This document shows positions 11,918 through 26,110 of a stretch of DNA of 64,000 nucleotides, in pieces. The position numbers were made by a program, and so were the translations under genes. The stretch's first letter is position 1. Every line of letters starts with the position of its first letter. The notes under the pieces are model-generated. The model did no database searches. It saw only the letters and a list, made by a program, of their open reading frames with translations, and was not told the DNA's origin. This stretch comes from Pristiophorus japonicus. Taxonomy: Eukaryota. The DNA lies in the NCBI RefSeq assembly GCF_044704955.1, contig NC_091990.1, positions 8,866,001-8,930,000 of the forward strand. The letters are read 5' to 3'.

Positions 11918-13552
11918 TATAGAAATGGTCTTGCTCATCCATAAAGATCTTGCAAACACAAACCTAGCATTGGGCGGGGGGGAATTAAAAATGTCAAAAG
12001 TTCAATCACACACTTAATCTGAGAATTTTGGCCAGTAACACTGTAGTGACAGGCAGTGTTCCTCCTTCCTGCAGTATGTTCTTGGAGCTCAATGTCACAA
12101 TGGCTAGCTTTGCAGCCCATTCCTTGCAACAAAACATTAGCTCGTGATTGTTTTATTCTAATGAGAGGCCAACCATCTCTCACGGTGCCTTCCGACTCTG
12201 ACAATTGTTTTATCAGTCCACGATTCACTCTTACCTCAGAATTTTCTTCACAAAATGTGGTTTACTTCCTGCCTGAGGGGATATAATTGTCATTGATCGC
12301 CTACTGTTGCACTTACAAACACCAATTTTCACTTTTGTGGAGATTTTGGTATTTTTCCCCCAAGAAAATATAATTTTAGCATGATCATCCTTTTTTCACA
12401 GAACGCCCCTTGAAGCATGTCTTCTCAATCACTGGAACAAGATGGTTAAGGAACATAGGAGCAGAAGTAGGCCATTCAGCCCTGTTCTACCATTCAGTTA
12501 GATATTCTGACTGATCTGTATCTTAACTCCATTTACCCGCCTTGGTTCCATATCCTCAGCTTAAACTCATTTATTCTATTTGGGAAAACTGGCAGTGTTG
12601 ACAGAAACTATTTACTACTCCAGATCACAAGATAGATGATTATTATGGATGGTGTATCCTTATTCATGGTTTGATAAATAAATATGAACAAATGCTCATA
12701 AATAAAACAAAAAAAATTGAGGATTTACCTTCTTCCTTACTACAGTTTCATCAATCAATGCTTATTCTGTGCCATTGAGTGAATTCACTTTTAACAAGAT
12801 GTGAAAAGGAAATTAGCCCTTTGTGCTTTCATTTCCCTTTTTTCTGATGTCTGTTCACCTTTGTTTAACCTCCCTTTGCCTGGGAGGGCTAGGCTGCCAC
12901 GGTCAGAGATTTTGTGTGAACCAGTACAGCTTAAATGTCCAGTCAATGGGAGGTGGCAGTCAGAACAGCCGAACTCAACTTCGCTTCCTTCCAAAACAGA
13001 CCATCACATAGCTAATTAAAGTCGTCACATTGGAAGAGGCACTCTCAGGACCGGTTACCCGACATTGCAAAGCACGCACCATTGCCATAACACACTCCCT
13101 GATGTGAGAAGAATTTAAAGATGTGAGATCTTTGCCAGAGGAAGTGGAATCAAAAATGCCTGGGTTAAAAGTTAATTCATGAACAATTGCAATATTTGTA
13201 CTGTGTGAAATGCAAGTGCTTGTGAAACAATGTGTAGAATAAATATATCTTATTTCCCCAGTTAGTTGCTTTAGACGGAACAGGTTTACTCAGCAATTGG
13301 AAGCACAATTAGCTGCCTGCTGACTGTCTGAATCCGAGCATCAGTTAGAAATGATTACATATTGCGTGTCCTGCAACTGGGTGTTGGTTGCTGTAATGAA
13401 GCTAAGGAATGCTGGAAAGTGCGACACCTGGATCCAAATTACTCCAGCAACTGATCCGCGGTGAATAGGGGAATGTTTGAATCTTCAGGAAGGTCTATTT
13501 CTAACCTGTGGAGGAAGAAACATTATTAAGTTCTTAATATGTGAATAGACTT

Positions 13553-14870
13553 TAAGAAATAGGAGCAGGAATAGGCCATACGGCCCCTCGAGCCTGCTCC
13601 ACCATTCAATAAGATCATGGCTGATCTGATCATGGACTCAGCTCCACTTCCCCGCCCGCTCCCCATAACCTCTTACCTCTTATCGTTTAAGAAACTGTCT
13701 ATTTCTGTCTTAAATTTATTCAATGTCCCAGTTTCCACAGCTCTCTGAGGCAGCGAATTCCACAGATTTGCAACGCTCAGAGAAGAAATTTCTCATCTCT
13801 GATTTAAATGGGCAACCCCTTATTCTAAGATCATGCCCCCTAGTTCTAGTCTCCCCCATCAGTGGAAACATCCTCTCTGCATCCACCTTGTCAAGCCCCC
13901 TTATAATCTTATAGGTTTCGATAAGATCCCCTCTCATTCTTCTGAATTTCAATAAGTAGAGGCCCTGGCGGCTAAAGGGATCAAGGGGTATGGTGAGAAA
14001 GCAGGAATGGGGTACTGAAGTTGCATGTTCAGCCATGAACTCATTGAATGGCGGTGCAGGCTAGAAAGGCCAAATGGCCTGCTCCTGCACCTATTTTCTA
14101 TGTTTCTAAGTGGTATGGAGAGAAAGCAGGAAAGAGGTACTGAGGTGAATGATCAGCCATGATTTTATTGAATGGTGGTGCAGGCTCAAAAGGCCGAATG
14201 GCCTACTCCTGCACCTATTTTCTATGTTTCTATGTAGCCTACTCAACCTTTCCTCATAAGTCAACTGCCTCATCCCCAGAATCAACCTAGTGAACCTTCT
14301 CTGAGCTGCCTCCAAAGCAAGTTTATCCCTTCGTAAATATGGAAATCAAAACTGCACGCAGTGTTCCAGATGTGGCCTCACCAATACCTTATATAACTGT
14401 AGCAAGACTTCCCTGCTTTTATACTCCATCCCCTTTGCAATAAAGGCCAAGATTCCATTGACCTTCCTGGTCACTTGCTGCACCTGTATACTATCCTTTT
14501 GCATTTCATGCACAAGTAACCCCAGGTCCCACTGTACTGCGGCACTTTGCAATCTTTCTCCATTTAAATAATAACTTGCTCTTTGATTTTTTTCTGCCAA
14601 AGTGCATGACCTCACACTTTCCAACATTATACTCCATCTGCCAAATTTTTGCCCACTCATTTAGCCTGTCTATGTCCTTTTGCAGATTTTGTGTGTCCTC
14701 CTCACACATTTGCTTTTCCTCCCATCTTTGTATCATCAGCAAACTTGGCTACATTACACTCAGTCCCTTCTTCCAAGTCGTTAATATAGATTGTAAATAG
14801 TTGGGGGTCCCAGCACTGATCCCTGTGGCACCCCACTAGTTACTGGTTGCCAACCAGAGAATGAACCATA
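13553..14870 (-). mobile_element. CR1 LINE with two nested plus-strand CR1 tails (~13966-14235)
   Basis: GVPQGSVLGP and KFADDTK RT motifs; nested TTTCTATG-ending tails. Confidence 0.9.
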
Positions 14871-14949
14871 TTGCAGCATGATTGATTCAAAGCTACATTG
14901 CAGTACTAGCAGCAGGATGCTTGCTTGACTTTTTTTAATAACGTGCAAT

Positions 14950-16350
14950 AACTTGCATTTATATAGCACCTTTACCTGGAAAAATATCGCAAGGCATTTC
15001 ACAGAGGTGTGTGTAATCAGTCAAAAATAGAATGCTGAGGGGTGACCAAGAGGCAAGAAGTGGGAAGGGTCTTAAAGAGGAAGGTGAAGAGGTCCACGGG
15101 AGCAAACTAGATGTAGAGGCTAAATGACTGAAGGTACACCCACCAACGGTGGGGCAAAGGGGAATGCACAATCGGTCAGAGCTGGAGGAACAATATGCTC
15201 TCAGGGAGGTGCAGTTGTAGGGTTAGAGGGGGTTCTAGATAGGATGGGAGGTTCCCAGATAGGGAGGGGGAGGGGGAGGGGTGGGGGGGTGGGAGGGGGA
15301 ACGGTTCCCACATATGCTCCTCCCTATGAGAAAATTTAAACACACGGCTGAAAATGTTCAATTTGAGGTGTTGGGGGACCTGGAGCCAATGTAAGTTAGC
15401 AAGGACAAGGTTAATGGGAGAGTGGGACTTGGTGCATGATAGGATGCAGACAGCAGAGCTTTACATCAGCTGAAGTGCATGCAGGGAGTGGATAGAAGGT
15501 CGGCCAGGAGAATATTGCAATAGTCAAGTCTGGAGGTGAGTGTTTTTGCAGCAGATGGACTGAGATCAGGGCGAAGATGGGCAACGTTATGGAGGTGGAG
15601 GTAGGCAGTCTTACTGATAATGTAAGAAATAGGAGGAGTAGGCCATATGGCCCCTCGAGCCTGCTCCGCCATTTAATATGATCATGGGTGATCTGATCAT
15701 GGACTCGGGTCCACTTCTCCGCCCGCTCACCATAATCCCTTAATCCCTTATCGGTTAAGAAATGATTGCAGTTCCTCTGAGATTGGATGTCGGACAGCAG
15801 TGGGTGAGGTTAAGAGTGGTGGAAAGGGGCCATCACCATACATGTGGAAGCTGACCTATGTCTTCAGATAATGTCGCCTAGAGACAGCGTGTAGATGAAG
15901 AGGGAACCAAGGATAGATCCAGAGGTAATGGTACAAGGATGGGAATAGAAGCCATTGCTGGAGATGCTATGAATATGATTAGGTAGGCAAGAGCCAAACC
16001 AGGTGAGGGTAGTCGCACTGAGCTGGACAATGGAGATGGGTTGGAGGAGTTTGGTGTGGTTGAGCATGTCAAAGGCAGCAAAGAGATGGAGCAGGACAAG
16101 GAGGGATAGTGCAGGATGGTGACAGACTTTGATTATGGCTCGTTTACTGTTATAACAGGGGCAGAAACGGGAGAGATTTAAAGATGGGCATGAATTTGGG
16201 AGGTGAAAAACATATTTAAGCATTTGAGATAAAAAGGTTAGAACTAGGGCAGAAGTTTGCAAGGACAGAGAGGAACAGGGGTGGGGTATTTGAGGAGGGG
16301 CTGATCACAGAGGTTTTGAAAGGGTGAGTAATAGTACCAGAAGAGAGAAC
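14950..16350 (-). mobile_element. Old L2 LINE fragment with a nested CR1 tail (~15620-15760)
   Basis: LLHLFAAFDM and TSRLDYCN motifs; L2-type tail. Confidence 0.75.
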
Positions 16351-17764
16351 CGTAGTACTTGGATGAGCACTTGAAGTGCCGTAACCTACAAGGCTACGGA
16401 TCAAGAGCTGGAAAGTGGGATTAGGCTGGGTAGATCTTTGTCGGCCGGCACCAACACGATGGGCCAAAATGGCCTCCTTCTGGCTGTTAATTTCTGTGAA
16501 GATGTTCATTGAATCTGTGCATTTGGCATCAGGGCAAGACCTCGGAGATAAATTTAGTAATGTATATCAGTATCCAGTTTCTGCTGCTTCACGTGTAGTG
16601 TAACTCAGTGATGGAAATCGAATTCAATGATCGAAACAATTCTCAGTTTTTCCAACTTCCCTTTTTTCAAGTTTATCACTTTTATTTCCACCCTCACCCA
16701 GATGATGCCATCTCTGCTGCACCTCACCCAGTTCGCCAGTGACTATGGGCAAGCTTTTCATTTGGAAAGTACAAGCCTGGTCCTGTCCCAACCCAACATC
16801 GTCCCACACATTTCCCAGCATCTGTCACTGTGCAGTGGGATAATATGTTGAGGAACCCAGGTCTATTCTTGCCTTTCCCCACCAGCCCAGGTGCTCGGGG
16901 GCCAACAGTGTGGAGCCGAGACTGAACCTGGACTGTGCTGGTTCGAATGCCATAGCAAATCAGGCAGATCTAGCAAGTCACTCGGAACAAGAGGACCCTG
17001 GAAAATACAAGCAACTTCCTATTTAGGTGCCTCAATACCATGCCATTAAACCATCACAGCTCAATAACTCATACATTCAACTTTTTATTTAAAATATATT
17101 TGCGACCTTGCACAAGTTAGACTGAGCACATCGATGACAAAAAGTGCAAAATCTTCTAGAGTTTGGCAAACAAGGTGTCATTTTTTACACTCTGCATGCC
17201 AAAATATAAATCTGGCGAGCCAAAAATAAAAGTTACACTGCTTTCCCATTGTTTAAAATGTGTACAAAATGATCAGTCAATTGGCATTTCATGCACCACT
17301 GTGGAGCGGCATAATCCCAATGGAAGCAGTCAGTTCAGTGCACTTTAGTTCCTTCTAATTTAATCAATCCACATCATTTCTACAACCAATAAAAACCTTA
17401 TCATTTGCTTTGACTGTAGACACTAGGGTCGACAACGTTCAATGTCAATAATTCACAGTAAAAATCTTGTTTCATCATGGCACACTATGTGACAGGAAAG
17501 CTTTGGTCCAGTGGTTAATGTGAAAGCTTTTGCTCCCAGCAGTGGCTGCCACGCTGGCGAACTACACAGACCTTCAGCTGACTCACCAAACGAGTCACAA
17601 TGTACCACCTCTGGAAGTAAAAAGATGCATTTCTATAGCACCTTTCACAACCTCAGGTCGAACAATGCGCTTTACAGCCAATGAAGTACTGTTGGAAGTA
17701 TAGTCTCTGTGGTAATGTAGGAAACGCAATAGCTGGACATACATCACTTAGACCATCTCAGTAA

Positions 17765-19620
17765 ACAATAACTTGTATTTATAGAGTGCCTTTAATGTAG
17801 TGAAACGTCCCAAGGTGTTTCACAGGTGTATTATGAGACAAACACTTTTGACACCGAGCCACATAATGTGAAATTAGGGCAGGTGACTAAAAGCTTGAAG
17901 AGAGAGGTAGGTTTTAAGGAGCGTCTTGAAGGAGAAAAGGTAGAGAGGCGGAGTGGTTTAGGGAAGGAGTTCCAGAGCTTGGGGCCCAGGCAACAGAAGG
18001 TACAGCCAGCAATGGTTGAGTGATTATAGTCAGGGATGCTCAAGAGGGCAGAATAAGAGGAGCGCAGACATATCTCCGGGGGGGGGGTGGGGGGAGAAAG
18101 AGAAAGAGTTGTGGGGCTGGAGGAGATTACAGAAATAGGGAGGGACAAGATCACAGGAGAGATTTGAAAACAAGGGTGAGAATTTTGAAATCGAGGCGTT
18201 GTTTAACCGGGAGCCAATGTAGGTCAGCGAGCATAGGGATAATGGGTGAGCGGGGCTTGGTGCAAGTTAGGACACGGGCAGCCAAGTTTTGGATCACCTC
18301 TAGTTTAAGTCGGGTAGAATGCGGGAGGTCAGCCAGGAGTGCATTGGAATAGTCAAGTCTAGAGCTAACAAGGGCATGGATGAGGGCTTCAGTAGCCGAT
18401 GAGCCGAGGCAAGGGTGGAGACGGGTGATGTTATGGAGATGGAAATTGGTGGTCTTAGTTATGCTGCGGCTACGTGGTCAAAAGCTAATTTCAGGGTCAA
18501 ATATGACACCAAGGTTGCGAACAGTCTGGTTCAGCCTCAGACAGGAGTTGGGGAGAGGGATGGAGTCAGTGGCTAGGGAACGGAGTTTGTGTCGGGGACC
18601 AAAAATGGCTTCAGTCTTCCCAATATTTAATTGGAGAAAATTTCTGTTCATCCAGAATTGGATGTCGGACAAGCAGTCTGACAATTTGAGAGACCATGGA
18701 GGGGTCGAGAGAAGTGGTGCTGAGGTCGATCTGGGCGTCATCAGTGTACATGTGGAAACTGACGCTGTGTTTTCAGATGATGTTGCCAAGTGGAAACATG
18801 CAACGATGGGGGACACCAGAGGCAACGATGCGGGAGCAGGAAGAGAGGCTGTTGCAGGTAATTCTCTGGCTACAATTAGATAAATAAGAATGGAACCAGG
18901 CGAGTGCAGTCCCACCCAGCGGGACAATGGTGGAGAGGCATTGATGAAGAATAGAGTGGCCAACTGTGTCAAAGGCTGTAGGGCAAGTCAAGGACGAGGA
19001 GGGATATTTTGCCTTCATTATTGTCGCAAAGGATGTCATTTGTGACTTTGATGAGAGCCGTTTTGGTACTGAGGCAGGCGCGGGAACCGGATGGGAGGGA
19101 TTCAAACATGGTGTTGCGGGAAAGATGGGCATGGATTTTGGAGCCAACACGTTCAAGGACTTGAAAAGAAAAGGAGGTTGGAGATGGGGTCGGTCATTTG
19201 CAAGGATGGAGGGGTCAAGGGTTGGCTTTTTGAGAGGGGCAATGACGGCAGATTTGAGTGAGAGGGGGACAGTACCCGAGGAGAACCGTTAACAATTCAG
19301 CTAACATGGGAGCCAGAAAAGGAAGTTGGGTGGTCAGTCTGGTGGGAATAGGGTCGAGGGAGCAAGAAGTGGGTCTCGCGGACAGGATGAACTCGGAAAG
19401 GTCATGAGATCGGAGAGAAACCGGAGAAAGATGTGAGGTCAAGGCTAGGGCAGGGAGGATCCTTAGAGGAAGTTTGGCCCAGTGGGCTAGGGGGAGGAAG
19501 GGAAGAGACTGAGGCAGCTGAATGGATGGTCTCAATCTTGGAGACAAAGAAGTCCATGAGCTTCTCACACTTATTGTCAGAAACTGGGGAGAGGGATTTA
19601 AGACGACGTTTAAAGAATCT
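17765..19620 (-). mobile_element. L2 LINE, RT region to 3' end
   Basis: PTSCSLDPIPT, AFDTVGHSIL, LSDIQFWMNRNFLQLNIGKTE motifs. Confidence 0.9.
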
Positions 19621-21134
19621 AAACACAAGCTCTGGGGAGAATGGGGTTGCAGGGAAATTGGAGGAACAAATCTTAAAAATCTATAAGGATACAGCATAAT
19701 GAACTTGGTGTTTTGAGCAGTTGGCAAATCAATGATCCTCAAAATGGATTGATCAGCAAAGGTCATTCTTACTGTGTGCAGTACTGCTGACTCGTGCTTT
19801 AAACAGCTGCTCCATCTCTCCTCCCAGGGCACTCATCATGATTTTAGCACTCTTAATATTGGTACTCTTTCTACTTAATTCATTTTCAGAATGCTTACCT
19901 GCATACTAAACACCTGAAAAGCTTAGCTATTTAAAGTACCGTCAATGCTGTAGTGGACAAGCAACTCAGAGGCCGAGTTCAAATCCCACCAGAGCAATAA
20001 ATCTGAACCGAAAAGACTCGGGTCGGCTCAGGCAGCCTCAGACCTGCTGAGTATCCCCAGCATTTTCTGCTTACATTTCAGCTTCCAGCATCTGCAGTAT
20101 TTTGCATTTGTATTCAAACAATAAATCTAGTACTTTCGACAAAGAAAGGTGTGCTGGATTGTTACAAGAACCCAACTGGTTCACTCATGTCCCTTTTCCC
20201 AAAGTGGCCTGGCTTACGCATGATTCTAGTCCACATGATGTGGCTGGTTCCAACTGAAGTGGCCTAGTAACTAACTCAAACCAAACCAATCTTTAGGAGA
20301 CCCATCACCCTCCATGGGGCAATAAGTGTGGCTTTGCTGGCGCCAACATTAAGAGCACCAAGATCACGAACAGTGCATCAGTAGACGGAGGCTGAGCAGC
20401 TAATTAACCAACTGCTCTGATCAGCGCTATTTATTCATCAGCCAGCATTCCACCACTAACTTGATCAAAACAGCCAATGGAAAATCCAGAGAGCTCCTGT
20501 AAATGGGTTTGGCAAGTTCTATTTGAGCGCTGTATCCACAGGTAGATCACTAGAAATGGATTTCACTGCAAGTTGTGTGAGCAACTATTTGCTGGTATAA
20601 AACAGGGTGCGGGATGGGGGTTGCACTGTAGAGTTGAAGTGGGGAAGGAAATATATATCCCCAGTCCTTGACTTTAAAGAGCAAAAATTAAATCAAACGA
20701 CAATACGAGTTTGAAACCTAACCTCATGTCCAGCGAGCCAGTTGGAGCGCGGCTCCCCTTCCCTGCAGCATGACTGAAGGGAACAGATTCACGTCATTTA
20801 TACCACATTTTTTGGTAGCATTTTAGAAAAAAGCAAGAACAGTATTTGTGACACAAACATAGAACATTTGACAATTTAAATAGTTCTGAGTGAAAAGTAA
20901 CCAGAGTAAATTAAGGGACGCGGTATAAACTGAAATTCATTATAGCAAGTAATGATCCAAAAAACTCCCCTCATAAACCTAGATCATGCAGTGTAAAGAT
21001 TGTAGAAATGATACAATAAGAACAAATGTCAATGTGAAGTCCCTTTGTTCCGTTCATAACCCTAGTGTTTACAGTAACCACATTCAAACAAATGACAATT
21101 CGATGAAAAATTTTGACTATCACATCAAAAAGGT

Positions 21135-21140
21135 TTTATT
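21135..21140 (-). terminator. Putative KDM1A polyadenylation signal (AATAAA)
   Basis: First clear minus-strand AATAAA ~410 nt past the stop, followed by U/GU-rich sequence. Confidence 0.6.
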
Positions 21141-21550
21141 TATGTAAATTCACACAATATCCTAAAGCACATACTAGTATGGCTGGGAAAAACACCGTCA
21201 ATTAGACAATCACTCACACTCTTGCTCTCAGAAACAAAATGTCTGATGCATTTACACAGGCGTTAATGCTACAGAATACCCAAGGCATTAGAATGGGCCG
21301 TCGTATCATTTGGTCAGAAGTGCCGCCCACCTCTACCCCCCCGCCCCCAGAGTAGGCTGCTCCATTTGGCTCAGTCTCATGGTCATGTTGGCCCCAACAC
21401 TTGGCAGTAATGGGGAGAAAGAAAAGGTTTGAAACCAGTGCATCAAGTCCACAGTAAGTCTACTGTAGGGCCGCAGTAGCTTTTTGTAAATCTCCAGATG
21501 AAATCTAATTAGGATGATTTCAGTCAGATGAATCTTTCCCTTTTAAAAAA

Positions 21551-21781
<231 letters not shown>

Positions 21782-22659
21782 TTAATCAACTGCCATTAAT
21801 GTTCTCCATTCTATGTTTAACAGACTTGTAACAAGCCATGAATTTAAGATTACACCGGATATACGGCACAGAAATAGACCATTCAGCCTATCCAGTCCAT
21901 GCCGGTGTTTATGCTCCACTCGAGCCTCCTCCTGTCTTTCCTCATCTAAATCTTAAATAAAATGAACCTCAATTATGCTGCACTTTATCTCGCCCTTCTT
22001 TTGAAGGCACGGAGGCATGTTAGGATGCAGTTCCACATGCAGTGGCATTATATCTCTCATCTTTTATATATTCTCGACTCTAACCAGAAAACCCAGTATT
22101 TGGTCAGGTTTTTGTTTCAAAAACTGTACCCAATAGTGGTGCTATTTTTAATGTCTTGTGAACCTGAACACCCAAATCCTTCTGCTCTTTCATTGTTTTC
22201 TATCCTTCTGTCAATATCCGCGCCTCCCCCCCCACAACTTTTAGCTTAATCGCCTTTAGGTGAAACGTTACCACATTCCTGATCTCGGTACAACACGTTG
22301 CCAGGTTTACCACAACCCACTCAGGGGGTTACTTTTTCAAAGAAGTCAAGGAGGTTGGCCAGGCAGAATCTTTCTTTCTCAATCCAGGTTGATTGCTTTT
22401 TACTAGGTCATTATTGTACAGATAATCAAGTTGCTGAGGTTTGATTTGCCAACCTTTTGAACATAGGCAGCATGTTTGCCTATTTTTAATCTACTGGCAC
22501 CTCCCCATTGTCCAATGGCTCTCTAATTAATACTGTCAATGCCTCATAAATCTTCTTCCTAATCTCCGTAGTCACTGAATACCAATCAGGAAATGCTTAA
22601 TATTTCCCCTTGCTAGCCTGGGGCACTGGCGTGATTGTTGGAGTTAGTAGAAACTGCTG

Positions 22660-22825
22660 GCTGGTGTGCAACGGCCACCCCACGTTGAAAGAATCCACGC
22701 ACAGGCATCTTCCACCCTTCAGTATGTAGTTCGGGACCGAGATTGTCAGGTTCCTCATTGAAACACCTGTGAACTCATCCCTTTTTGGTGCAAGGTCATC
22801 CTCGATACGAGGGACTGCCTAATAC
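22660..22825 (+). mobile_element. Bipartite non-autonomous RTE element, 5'-truncated
   Basis: 12-bp TSD TAGAAACTGCTG at 22648-22659 and 22826-22837; RTE-type 3' end. Confidence 0.8.
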
Positions 22826-24039
22826 TAGAAACTGCTGACTTGACCAACTGAGCATCAAACCTGGTATTTTCTGCTACTTACAGCTAAGTGCGTTATTGAG
22901 CAGTATCTCCACCACACGAGGTACTGACCTTCAGTTAATTTAAAATCCAGTGAACCCATTAGCAAGATTAGGAGCCAGTTCCTTGTACTTCTGCTCCTAT
23001 CTGCACTATAGCACCTTCTATCCTGAGCCAAGGGCCTGTCTCAGGAAAGGAATGAGCATGCAATTTAATCTTATGCTGTCCAATTCTCTATCATTCCAGA
23101 AGGCTTTCCCAGGTAAAAGTATCTGACAGAATCGGTATGGCTGGTTGGCTGGCTCATGGATTCTTGTATAACCGTCACTCCTAAGCCAGCCTCTAGGGCA
23201 GGTTCGTTCAATCAGTATTTCCTGCCAGGCGGTAAAGTTTATAGCTAATCAGTCTTTGCATCGGTCAATGTGTCCTTCCAAGCATGTCCTGCCTGCCACT
23301 TGTTCCATTGACAATTTCCATCTTTTCCAATGGATTTCTTCGGTAGCCAGTGAGCTCCCCAGTTCCTGCGGTCTCCTCACACAGCTGAGCAACTGCTACA
23401 GGCAAAAGGGGAAAATGTGTTGGAGAGAAACAAGAGAAAGGAATAAAGACAAGAGACTAAGAAAGAGGAGGGAAATAAGTCAAAGTAATGGAGGAGACAA
23501 TGGAAATAAAGAAAGGAAGAAAAATAACTTGTATTTATATATAAGAGAAGTGGAAAGGGAGTAGGGAAAGGCGAGCGGGGGAGTGAGCGCGCACGGGGGA
23601 AAACCACACACAAAATAGGCCGAAAGAGTGAATGATCATAATATAGGCTTCGCAAACTTGTGTGTTATCACCACAAGATCTGGGGAGATGTCACAAACTT
23701 TCATGGATGGGGACAGGTACTGGGGCAAATGTTGACAACGTGTGACGAGATATAGACACACCCCTAACAGAAGACCTGCTGAATTTAACAACATTTTTAT
23801 TTCTATGCTGCTTAACCCAGCTGTACAATCAGGATGTGACAGTGTCAACAAAAATCATCCATAGATAGTGGATTCCGACAACAAACTCTGTTTGTGAATA
23901 AACTATGGCTTGTCATTTGCAATATTTACATGCCGATTTCAATTAATTCCTCCCCATCTATAAAAAAAAAAGACTTTTACCAAGAAATTGATCCACATTT
24001 AAATTAAAATGAAACAGAAAAAGGAGCTTTACGATAAAC

Positions 24040-26110
24040 AGCAGCTTTACAACAAGCAGAGAATCAAACAAATTACAGGAAGTGCAGAGAGGAACTGAGG
24101 AAGGTAAGAAGACGGAACAAAGAGTATGAGAGAAAAGATTAATGCGCAATATAAAAGGGAACTCTAATGTTTTTTCTAAACATATAAATAGTAATTGGAT
24201 AGTTAAAGGGAAGGGCGATTAGGGACCAAAAAGCAGATCTTCTTCTGGAAACAGAGGGCATGGCTGAGGTACTAATCGAGTACTTTGCGCATCAGAGGGT
24301 GTTGCCAATGTCACAGTAAAGGAGGAGGTATTAGAGAAATTGGATAGGATTAAAAAGAGAGAGAGAAAGGACTTTAAATGGTTGGCAGTGCTCAAAGTAG
24401 AAAAGTCTTCGGGTCAGGATGGGATGCACCCTAGGTTGTTGAGGGAAATAAGGGTGGAAATATCGGAGGCTCTATCCCCAATCTTTCAATCCTCCTTGGA
24501 TATGGGAGTGGTGCCAGAGGACTGGAGAGTTGCAAATGTTACACCCCTGTTCAAAAAAGGAAGGGGGGGGGGGGGGATAAACTTGCTAACTACAGGCCAG
24601 TCAGCTCAGTCTACTCACTCTATTCTGCCTGATTTTCAACGGTATTCTGCACTCCAAACTTCATCACAAACCTCCCTTTTCTATTTTATTTTAACCTCTA
24701 TTTCCTTTATCATCCATGGAGCTCCTGCTTTGGATTTTGTTAGCAAACATGAAGCCCGCAGGATTAAAGGGACAGTGGCAGTGTGCATACAAGATTGGCT
24801 ACAGAAAGCAGAGAGTCGTGGTGAATGGCTTTGTTTTCAGACTGGAGGGAAGTATAATGTGGTGTCCCCCAGGGGTCGCTATGAGGATCACCGCTCTTTG
24901 ATATACAGGGCATAACCTCAGTGTGCAGCGGAGACGAAACTCGGAAATGTAGTAAACAATGAGGACAATCGCAGCAGACTTCAGGAAGACAAGGACAGAC
25001 CGGTGAAACAGGCAGACACATGGCAGATGAAATTTAATGCAGAAGTGTGAAGTGATGCATTTTGGAAGGAAGAATGAGGAGAGGCGATCTAAACCAAATG
25101 GTATAATTTTAAAGGGGGTTAACAGAATTTTAACAGATCTGGGGGATGGGGGGGGGGGGGGGGGTTTACGTACATAATTCTTTGATGGTGACAGCACAAG
25201 TTGACAAGGCTGTTTAAAAAAAAAAAGCATATGGGACCCGTGGCTTTATAAATAGATGTATACAGTTCAAAAGTAAGGAAGTGATGCTAACCTTTATAAA
25301 TCACTAGTTAGGCCTCAGCTGGAGTACTGTGTCCAATTGTGGTCACCACACTTTAGGAAAGATGTCATGGCATTAGAGAATGTGCAGAGATTTAACTAGA
25401 ATGGTACCACAGACTAGGGACTTCAGTTATTTGAGAATCTGGGGCTGTTCTCTTTAGAACAGAGAAGGTTAAAGGGAGATTTAATAGAGGCATTCAGAAT
25501 TGGGAGGCGTTTTGATAAGAGTACATAGGCAGAAAGTGTTTCCACTGGCAGAAGGGTCAGTAATCTAAGGATAAGGGGTAAGCCATTTAGGACCGAGATG
25601 CGGAGGAACTTCTTCACCCAGAGAGTGGTGAACCTGTGGAATTCTCTACCACAGAAAGTTGTTGAGGCCAATTCACTAAATATATTCAAAAAGGAGTTAG
25701 ATGAGGTCCTTACTGCTAGGGGGATCAAGGGGTATGGCGAGAAAGCAGGAATGGGGTACTGAAGTTGAATGTTCAGCCATGAACTCATTGAATGGCGGTG
25801 CAGGCTAGAAGGGCCGAATGGCCTACTCCTGCACCTATTTTCTATGTTTCTATGACACAGATTTAAGGTAATTGGCAAAAACCAGAGGGGAGATGAGAAT
25901 TTTTTTTAACGCAGAAGACTGCCTGAAAGGCCGATGGGAAGCAGATTTAATACCAACATTCAAAAGGAAATTCGATAAATACTTGAAAACGAAAAATTTG
26001 AAGGACTATGGGGAAAGAGCAGGGGGAGCGGGACTACTGGATAGCTCTTTCAAAGAGGCGGCATGAGCACGATGGGCCAAATGGCCTCCTTCTGTGCTGT
26101 ATGATTCTAT
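24040..26110 (+). mobile_element. Older CR1 LINE with a nested young CR1 3' end (~25564-25853)
   Basis: KSSGQDGMHPRLL..VPEDWRVANVTPLFKKG; ATTCTAT tail. Confidence 0.88.
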
